This document shows, piece by piece, positions 56,939 to 64,000 of a DNA stretch of 64,000 bases. Location: the IMG/VR virus record IMGVR_UViG_3300005748_000026, positions 2,808 through 66,807 of that record, one strand, 5' to 3'. The DNA comes from a virus. The number at the start of each line of letters is the position of its first letter. The first letter of the stretch is position 1. The position numbers and the translations under genes are program-made. The notes below the pieces were generated by a model. It did not search any database. It had not been told where the DNA came from and worked only from the letters and a program-made list of their open reading frames with translations.

Positions 56939-57418
56939 TTACCTTTGTGCTGCTACTGTTAATTGCGCTCCTGTTGCATCTACTACTAAAGGATGTCTTT
57001 TTTGACCACCTACATTAGCACCTTTGTTTACATTCTCAAACGTAACTGACTTACCTACAGGAAAAGGAACTGAATCAACTGTTGGTGTTCCCGAATCGGT
57101 AACTACTGATATAGACTTGTAAGATTGTCTTGTTACCCTCTTAAAAGTAGCTCCTGCTAATGAGGATGAAAATGCTTCATCAACCCAAATCTCAGTAGGA
57201 GACACCATCTTTACAACCCTTCTAACCTCAAGTTCATCTTCTACAAATATCCAATCACCATTTTGAAAAGAAGCACCAAAATCTGTTCCTGTTCCAAATA
57301 CTCTTCGTCCAGAATTAACAGATGTGTTGTCAGTAGTTATTGTTCCTGCTACTGCTATAGATGATGGTATGGTGTCTATTTCATCTATGATTTGGTATAA
57401 AATATTGTTCTTAGGCAT
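56939..57418 (-). CDS. virion structural protein
   Basis: VFGTGTDF...FQNGDWI motif seen in tail proteins. Confidence 0.55.
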   Translation of the reverse strand: MPKNNILYQIIDEIDTIPSSIAVAGTITTDNTSVNSGRRVFGTGTDFGASFQNGDWIFVEDELEVRRVVKMVSPTEIWVDEAFSSSLAGATFKRVTRQSYKSISVVTDSGTPTVDSVPFPVGKSVTFENVNKGANVGGQKRHPLVVDATGAQLTVAAQR

Positions 57419-57478
57419 TTTAGTAAGTTTGTTTATTACAAATATACGAATATGTGGTAGACTTTTTGGTGTGGTGTG

Positions 57479-60400
57479 TTAGCGTATATCAAATTTACTT
57501 CCCCTCTTTATAGAGCCAGTATTTCTCAAGCTACTTGAATTACTATTATAACCTCTACCCCTTTTCTTTTTAGGCTTATTTTCTCTTACATTATATCCCA
57601 TTTCAGAAATATCCCTTCTTGTCTCTTTAAATAAAGGAATGTTCTTTCCTCCAAGTCTTAATGCTAAATCTATCCCTTTAAACGCTATGTTGTACGTAAG
57701 AAGTTTAGCCTTATCTTCATCACTTAAATCTTCTTGATTTTGGATTAGGTAATAACTATCAGAAACTATATTTGCGCTCTCTCTACCTAAAGATTCTAAT
57801 ATACCTGTTGATTTAGCGGCAACATCAGAGAATTGTCTTGGTGCTTTTGTAAAGAATTGGTCTTTCATAATCTTATCTATAGCATCCTTTTCTTCTTTTG
57901 TTTTTGCGTTTTTATATGCTATGTGAGACCAATATAAAGCCCCTATCTTTGCTAAAGAACCCATTTGACCAGACACCCAATACATTGACACTCCAATAGA
58001 TTGCTTCAACCAATACTCTGAATCCTCTAAAGACTCGTATTCCTTCTCTATTTTATCAATCTTATCTTCATCCTCTTCATCATCTCCCAACATCATTTTA
58101 GCTATAATCGTACCTGCCACACCATAAGATATTGCTGACGAAAACAAAACTGATAAATTGTATAAAGAGCTACCTACATTTTGACCTGTTATAACATTTC
58201 CAAAATTCCTCTTTACTGCTGACGAATCTACAAATGCTTGCCCCATAAGATTTGTCCATAAAGCAGACCAAACTCTATTTGAATCAATACCTTTATTTAC
58301 AAATGGCAACAACTTAGTTTTAGTTCTACCTTCTCCTGACTGTGGTTTTCTAAATTGACCCCATTCACTATCAGCATAATCCATAGCCTTCAATATAGCG
58401 TCTCTATATTTATTCTTATACTCTTCTGTTCTGAATTTATTAGGATTAAAGTTTTCACCAGTAATTTTCTTAAACTCACTAGCAAACATAGTTTGATGAG
58501 CTAACAACTTCATAGATGATGTAGTTAAGCCTAACAAGTCTCCTGTAGATGAGAATAGAGTTCCTAGTGTTATTTTCTTTTTTTCATAACCATCAGATTT
58601 TTTCTTAAATCTTGAAAAATCATTCTTCACAGTACTATTTGTGAAATCCATTAACTCTGATGTCAAGCTATTATTAAAGAAACTCTCGAAGTTATATCTA
58701 ATAGATGACGGGAGTCCTTTTATGTGCTTAACAATAGTAGCTCCGTTTAATATGGTGTGGGTTATTGCCTCTTTAAAAACTCTCTCACCGAATAAAACAC
58801 CTAAACTTGCTCCACTTAATGCTTTTTTAGCCATAGAGTTATAGTCACTCTTCTCTGAATCAAACTTGCTTTTCATTCTATCAGATATAATATCCATAGC
58901 TGAACTGAATTGTCTTGAAGACATTCTTGTAGATTCTTTTTGCGCTCCTTTTATTCTATCAGCCAATCTTCTTTTAAATGTAGCTAAATGGTAATCTCTT
59001 AATGTCCTTTCAGCGGTATAATTCATTAAGGTTATTAAATTAGGATTTATAGCTTTGGCTGAATGTTCTGTTCTTGCATTAGATGAACCACTCTCTAGCG
59101 AAACACCATCTCCAACAGACATCTCTCCATCAGAAACCCTGCCTACAGTATCTATTCTCATATACATTTTCAAAGGCTCAAACCCAATTCCTTTTTGAAA
59201 CAAATTAGACTCTTGCATCATTGGAGAATATTCATCCCCCATCTTTAAAGCCTTGTCATATAATTTTCTTTCTCTTGGAGTTAATTTAGATATAGCCTTG
59301 TCTGTATCTATAACATACGCTACAGAACCAACATCTTTAGAAGATAACATATCATTCCAATCAGAAGTATTGTACGTTACTTCTATTTCAGTATCTATAC
59401 CACCGCTTTTGTTGTATTTAATCGTTGGCTTTTCTGATTTAATAATATCTATATCTGGTAGAAACTCACTTGTTGTTCTTACTGTAGTAGTTCCATCTCC
59501 ATTATCAGTAACATTATATGCGCTTGTTTCTAATTTAGCCTTGTTAAACATTACATCAGACTTCTTGAATTTTTTAGGCAAATCAGTCCATATCTTTATT
59601 AATTGGTCAAAGTCTATTCCAGATTTTCCCTTGATATTATCCCAAGCTGAACCATCTCTCAACTGTCTCCATACATTTTCTATCCTTTCATTGCTTTCCC
59701 AATGTAGCTGCATAAATATCATGCCTACTTTAGATGCTTTTTTATCATCAATAATTCTTTTACCCAATCTATTATGAGTAATATTTAACATTGAATTTCT
59801 AAAACTATCTATAGACCTGCTATAATTAGCTAATGCCTTTTGATAAGGTCTAACTACTATATCTTTCCATATTTCTTGCTGCTCTATCTTTGGAAATATT
59901 TTTGAAGCTATATCTGATAGATTTGAAAATGAAGTAGACTTTTTAAGGTTATTCAAGTCTATTTTAAAGTTGTATAATCCATGAATAAACTTTACCAACT
60001 TGCTAGTTCCAAGACTTATCTCTTCTACTTGAGAACTGGCTTTAGAACCTAATATATTGTCATGTTTTTCTCTGAATTTTGAGAACGTACCATCCAAACT
60101 CTTCCCATCTGAAAATACTAAGTTAGAAATTTGATGCAAATACATTTCAGCATATCTGTAATCTCCGTCTAAAGGACTTCTAAGATATTCGTTAAAAATA
60201 TCCTTCATCATTCCATCTAGCTTTGAAATTAAGTTTGAATCTTTTATTAAATCCTTAGCAGATTCCATCAACTCTTTCTTGTAAACCTCTTCTAACTCTT
60301 CAAATACATCTAAGTCATAATCAGTCATTTTCTTAATGTCTAAGAATTGAACTTCACTTATTTTACCTTCATTAAATGATATTTCAGCTTGTCTGATTAT

Positions 60401-63400
60401 TTTATTAACTCTTCTTCTGCCTTTAGAACCATCAAACATATCTATAAGTTCAGAGTATGATTTTGGCTTTACTTCTTTTGGTGTGGTATATTGCTCTACC
60501 TTATTTTTTATTTCATTATTCCAATCTTTATGATTCAATAACTTACTCAAAGTATTTTCAACAAAATCGTTAAGTTCGTCTATATCCTCTATGGTTTTCA
60601 AGTCTACGTTTGATGCGTTTGTTATAACATCTCTCATTTCTTTATCTAAGAAATTACCATAGTGATTGCTTTTTATTTGCTTCTTTAACTTCTTCTGTAT
60701 AGCCTTCCCTTTTGATACAGCCTCTTTAACTTCTCTCTTTGAGACAACATTATCTATCATCTCTTTTAACATCTTCATTCTGGCAAATGTCTTTAAAACA
60801 CCACTCTCTGTAACATTAGTTTTACCTATGTAAGCAGCCATTTTAATTATGCCTTTGTAGATTGGAGTATTTGACTTAAAGTTGTCTTTAATATATCCTA
60901 TAGCTTCTGCTATAAATTCATTCTTAACATCATTCAACTCTTTTATAGCCGCCTCTCTATCTTTCGCTTCTTGTCTTATCTGTTCTTTGCTTTCCTTTGT
61001 TTTTTCTTTTACTTCGGCAGCTTTTTTCTTAGCTTCTTCTTGAGCTTCTTTCTTTCCTAATCTACCTCCGATATTCATAGCTCTTAGACGCTCTTTATAA
61101 ACGTCATAAGTACTAAATCTCTTCTTACTATCAGTAGCAGAAGCCCTTTTGTCTGTAGATTCTTTAATAACTTCTTTTGTAGTCTTTTTAACTGGCTTTA
61201 CTACGTTCTCTGAAAATGGAGTTAAAGATTCTCTTACTTTGTCCTCAAAGTTCTTTATTTTAGGTGTCATCTTTCTTTTTTCAGATGCACTTAAACTTTG
61301 ATACCATTCTGAATTTCTAATCTCTCTTGATGCCTTTCTTATGGCAACATTTATATTACCAGACACTTCAATAGATGTAGCTACAGTCTCTACAGCACCA
61401 TTCCAAACAACCATAGGAATAGCTGCTATATTGCTTTGAAGATTGTCACCACCTAGTTTTAGCTTTCTAACTGTATCAGCAGCAGATTTTGTTTTGTCTT
61501 TGATTATTTTGTTTTGCTGCTCGAAGGCTTCTTCTTCTAATTCTGTTGTGGTGTCTTGCTCTTCATCTGTTTTGCCATCTCCAACAACATCCTCTTCTGC
61601 TTGTTGTTCATTTGTGAAAAACGGGTCTTGAGACGCTCGTTCAACTGTTCTTCTTGCTTCTTCATCTAAACTGCTTAATGTTTCTTCAAATACCTCCCAT
61701 GAAATATCACTCTCCTCTTTTAAGGATTCTGTTCTTTCATTAGAAAGTTCTGATAGTCTTTTATCTATTTGATTTAATTCGTTATCTCTTGTTACCGACT
61801 CCTTGAAGTCATTCTTTTTTAGTTGGATAACATCAATTATTCTATCCCTTATTTCTTGTACTCCATAATTTTCTAATACTTGAGAATTGTCACCATAAGC
61901 CTCTGCTAGATTTTCATGTATCATCTCAGCAGCTCTCTGAATGGATACTCCATTTTTACTTAGCCAAGATAATGGAATATCTCTATTAGCCCCTGTTTTT
62001 GCCCCTGTTTCTTTTTTAGCTGATTCTGGATTTATCTTAGGAAGCCTATCTAATATGATTTGGTCTAGGTCAAATTCTGAAACTTCCCTTTTAGCTTGAA
62101 TCTCTGCTCTTCTTTGTATTAAAGATATTTCTTCTTGTTCTGTTTCAGATAATGGTGTGGCATCTTGCTCCTCTAACACCTCTTGAACAGGCTCTTCTTT
62201 TATTACTTCTTTTGGTAACTCGTTTTTTTCTACAAGCTCTAATTCTTTATTTATTTCAGATATTCTTTCCTTCTTATCTTTATTAAAAGCCTTATCTGTC
62301 TTAGCTGATTCATTCTCTAATTTCTTTCTTTCTAAAATTAGTTTTACAGCAGCATTTCTCTGTTCTCTATTAAACTCTTGAGGTATTGAATTTGTTGTCT
62401 CTAAAAAATCCTTTGTTCTATCTATTAAATCATTCGCTTGCTCTTCATCTATATTCCCCTCTATAACTTCTGCTTTTAAATAAGATTCAATGTCATTCAA
62501 ATCATTTTCATCAACCAAAGCTCTTTCTGCTAATTCAATCTCTAAATCTTTTGCTGATTTAGGAAACATAGATATTGCTGATGGAGATTTCATCATAAAC
62601 CCACCTAATGCCTCTTGCGCTCCTGCCTTTAAAACATCTTTTCCGTATTCAATTAAAGATTTAGTCTCAAATATTTCTTCATCTTTAATAGCGTTATAAA
62701 TCTCCTTTTGAGATATAGCTGCTACTTCTTGAGCTGCTCCTGTGGCAAACTCAGCTCCACCTGCTTGAAGCAATGAAGTTCCTGCATCTATAGCATACTT
62801 CTCTATAAGTGTTGGCGCAGCTTTTTTACCTGACTCTAATACTTTCTCAACTACTTGCTTAGTTATCTTAGACACCACACCAGAACCGAAAGCCTCTATA
62901 ATACCAACTCTCTCTAAAGCTGATGAAACTATACCTCCTACAGAAGCATAGGCTAACTTTTCTTTTTCCGTCAACTTATCACCTGCCGCTTGGTCAATTT
63001 CTTTATAGATGCTTTCAGATGACTGAAAGTACATTGATGTAGGTTGAAATAAAGTAGGTAATGTTTTAATCATACCCACATAAGCACCACCCGTAAAACC
63101 TTCCTGTACTTTCTCTACATATTCTTTAGTTGTTGATTCTGAGCTAATATATTCAGACATTTTATCGAATGTCTTAAACATCTCAGACGAAGCTTCTTCT
63201 ACAGATACATCTTCACCTTTTGGAGCAAACATTTCTTCTGGCATTATGTATTTCATAACGCCCATAGTATTCCTTACAGCTCCTTTCATTATCTCGTTAT
63301 ACCCATCAACTAAAGTATTCCAAGTTAATCCACCTATATTCCCTTTATCTGCTCTTTTTATCTTTAAGTCTCCTAATGACTTTTTAAGAGTTTCTATGGA

Positions 63401-64000
63401 GTTTTTATATTGAGCTTCTGATACCTTTCTGCTATTTTGGACTGTATTATACTCGTCAACTAAAGAATTGTAATCATTTAATAACGACTGTTTTTCTTCA
63501 TCATTAGATGATAAATCAATCATTTCTTTAACACCCTCTAACTCTGATGACTTTAATTCAGCTAGTTTATTTAAGTCTCTCAATTCCTTTTCTGACCTAA
63601 CAATAAACCTTTCAGCATTATCTTTTTGAAGTACAATATCTTCTTCTGGAGTGTTGGATATATCTATATAGTTATTATACTCTGATAGTTGAGAATCTAA
63701 CTCCTCTTGTTCTATTACAGGTGCTATGACATCTCTTGAATCTACACTGCTATCTATTTTAGTATTCTCTAATAAATCAGCTATTCTAACTCTATCTGAA
63801 TTTTCATCTGCTTGTGAAATTTCTTCTTCTACTTTAGATATAGTTTCACTATCATAAGTGTTGCCTAGTGATTCTTCTAAGTTTGACTCAGGATTTTCTT
63901 CCGTTGGAACATTACTAGGAAACGACTCAGCTCTTCCCTGACCTGCCATAGCAGACCCAATCCCAAAACCTTTTGTTGATTCTTCTGTAGAAGTTGGCTG
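57479..64000 (-). CDS. giant (>2170 aa) virion/ejection protein, 5' end beyond the window
   Basis: frame stays open from 63949 to the window end; helical and acidic; EFATGAAQE-type motifs of large internal virion proteins. Confidence 0.7.
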   Translation of the reverse strand, partial: QPTSTEESTKGFGIGSAMAGQGRAESFPSNVPTEENPESNLEESLGNTYDSETISKVEEEISQADENSDRVRIADLLENTKIDSSVDSRDVIAPVIEQEELDSQLSEYNNYIDISNTPEEDIVLQKDNAERFIVRSEKELRDLNKLAELKSSELEGVKEMIDLSSNDEEKQSLLNDYNSLVDEYNTVQNSRKVSEAQYKNSIETLKKSLGDLKIKRADKGNIGGLTWNTLVDGYNEIMKGAVRNTMGVMKYIMPEEMFAPKGEDVSVEEASSEMFKTFDKMSEYISSESTTKEYVEKVQEGFTGGAYVGMIKTLPTLFQPTSMYFQSSESIYKEIDQAAGDKLTEKEKLAYASVGGIVSSALERVGIIEAFGSGVVSKITKQVVEKVLESGKKAAPTLIEKYAIDAGTSLLQAGGAEFATGAAQEVAAISQKEIYNAIKDEEIFETKSLIEYGKDVLKAGAQEALGGFMMKSPSAISMFPKSAKDLEIELAERALVDENDLNDIESYLKAEVIEGNIDEEQANDLIDRTKDFLETTNSIPQEFNREQRNAAVKLILERKKLENESAKTDKAFNKDKKERISEINKELELVEKNELPKEVIKEEPVQEVLEEQDATPLSETEQEEISLIQRRAEIQAKREVSEFDLDQIILDRLPKINPESAKKETGAKTGANRDIPLSWLSKNGVSIQRAAEMIHENLAEAYGDNSQVLENYGVQEIRDRIIDVIQLKKNDFKESVTRDNELNQIDKRLSELSNERTESLKEESDISWEVFEETLSSLDEEARRTVERASQDPFFTNEQQAEEDVVGDGKTDEEQDTTTELEEEAFEQQNKIIKDKTKSAADTVRKLKLGGDNLQSNIAAIPMVVWNGAVETVATSIEVSGNINVAIRKASREIRNSEWYQSLSASEKRKMTPKIKNFEDKVRESLTPFSENVVKPVKKTTKEVIKESTDKRASATDSKKRFSTYDVYKERLRAMNIGGRLGKKEAQEEAKKKAAEVKEKTKESKEQIRQEAKDREAAIKELNDVKNEFIAEAIGYIKDNFKSNTPIYKGIIKMAAYIGKTNVTESGVLKTFARMKMLKEMIDNVVSKREVKEAVSKGKAIQKKLKKQIKSNHYGNFLDKEMRDVITNASNVDLKTIEDIDELNDFVENTLSKLLNHKDWNNEIKNKVEQYTTPKEVKPKSYSELIDMFDGSKGRRRVNKIIRQAEISFNEGKISEVQFLDIKKMTDYDLDVFEELEEVYKKELMESAKDLIKDSNLISKLDGMMKDIFNEYLRSPLDGDYRYAEMYLHQISNLVFSDGKSLDGTFSKFREKHDNILGSKASSQVEEISLGTSKLVKFIHGLYNFKIDLNNLKKSTSFSNLSDIASKIFPKIEQQEIWKDIVVRPYQKALANYSRSIDSFRNSMLNITHNRLGKRIIDDKKASKVGMIFMQLHWESNERIENVWRQLRDGSAWDNIKGKSGIDFDQLIKIWTDLPKKFKKSDVMFNKAKLETSAYNVTDNGDGTTTVRTTSEFLPDIDIIKSEKPTIKYNKSGGIDTEIEVTYNTSDWNDMLSSKDVGSVAYVIDTDKAISKLTPRERKLYDKALKMGDEYSPMMQESNLFQKGIGFEPLKMYMRIDTVGRVSDGEMSVGDGVSLESGSSNARTEHSAKAINPNLITLMNYTAERTLRDYHLATFKRRLADRIKGAQKESTRMSSRQFSSAMDIISDRMKSKFDSEKSDYNSMAKKALSGASLGVLFGERVFKEAITHTILNGATIVKHIKGLPSSIRYNFESFFNNSLTSELMDFTNSTVKNDFSRFKKKSDGYEKKKITLGTLFSSTGDLLGLTTSSMKLLAHQTMFASEFKKITGENFNPNKFRTEEYKNKYRDAILKAMDYADSEWGQFRKPQSGEGRTKTKLLPFVNKGIDSNRVWSALWTNLMGQAFVDSSAVKRNFGNVITGQNVGSSLYNLSVLFSSAISYGVAGTIIAKMMLGDDEEDEDKIDKIEKEYESLEDSEYWLKQSIGVSMYWVSGQMGSLAKIGALYWSHIAYKNAKTKEEKDAIDKIMKDQFFTKAPRQFSDVAAKSTGILESLGRESANIVSDSYYLIQNQEDLSDEDKAKLLTYNIAFKGIDLALRLGGKNIPLFKETRRDISEMGYNVRENKPKKKRGRGYNSNSSSLRNTGSIKRGSKFDIR

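Noticed and set aside
60308-60322. DYDLD as the catalytic DxDxD of a virion RNA polymerase
   Set aside because: It sits in a charged helical context without the expected flanking residues, so it is likely chance; an HMM or structure search would be needed to settle it.
1-64000. Stop-codon reassignment, as in some crAss-like phages
   Set aside because: Structural and replication genes are long and intact under code 11, and both TAG and TGA end genes normally.

Overview
This 64 kb window comes from an AT-rich crAss-like (Crassvirales-related) podovirus-type phage. The host is probably a Bacteroidota member, since TAnnTTTG promoters precede many genes. Standard genetic code 11 fits. Minus-strand blocks encode tail stabilisation/ring proteins, fibres, major capsid, portal, terminase, DnaB, recombination and nucleotide-metabolism genes (YqaJ, ERF, SSB, RusA, ThyX, MazG-like), lysis genes and a giant virion protein. 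The main discovery is a phage-borne, multi-locus integron-like system. It has one IntI-like tyrosine recombinase that lacks the IntI-specific insertion, and four arrays holding 17 cassettes. Each cassette body is bounded by its own GTT.../...AAC inverted repeat, and cassettes are separated by attC-like hairpins. Three arrays end in a conserved 44-bp attI-like site; two of those copies are identical and inverted. Genes point towards the attI-like site, several start inside the hairpin, and two cassette bodies carry tRNA-like RNAs instead of ORFs. The putative early region also holds one twister ribozyme, two hammerhead ribozymes and a tRNA-like minihelix, each just upstream of a start codon. 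A large intergenic region holds a dif-like site and four tandem palindromic operators. All calls were made by eye; no database searches were run.
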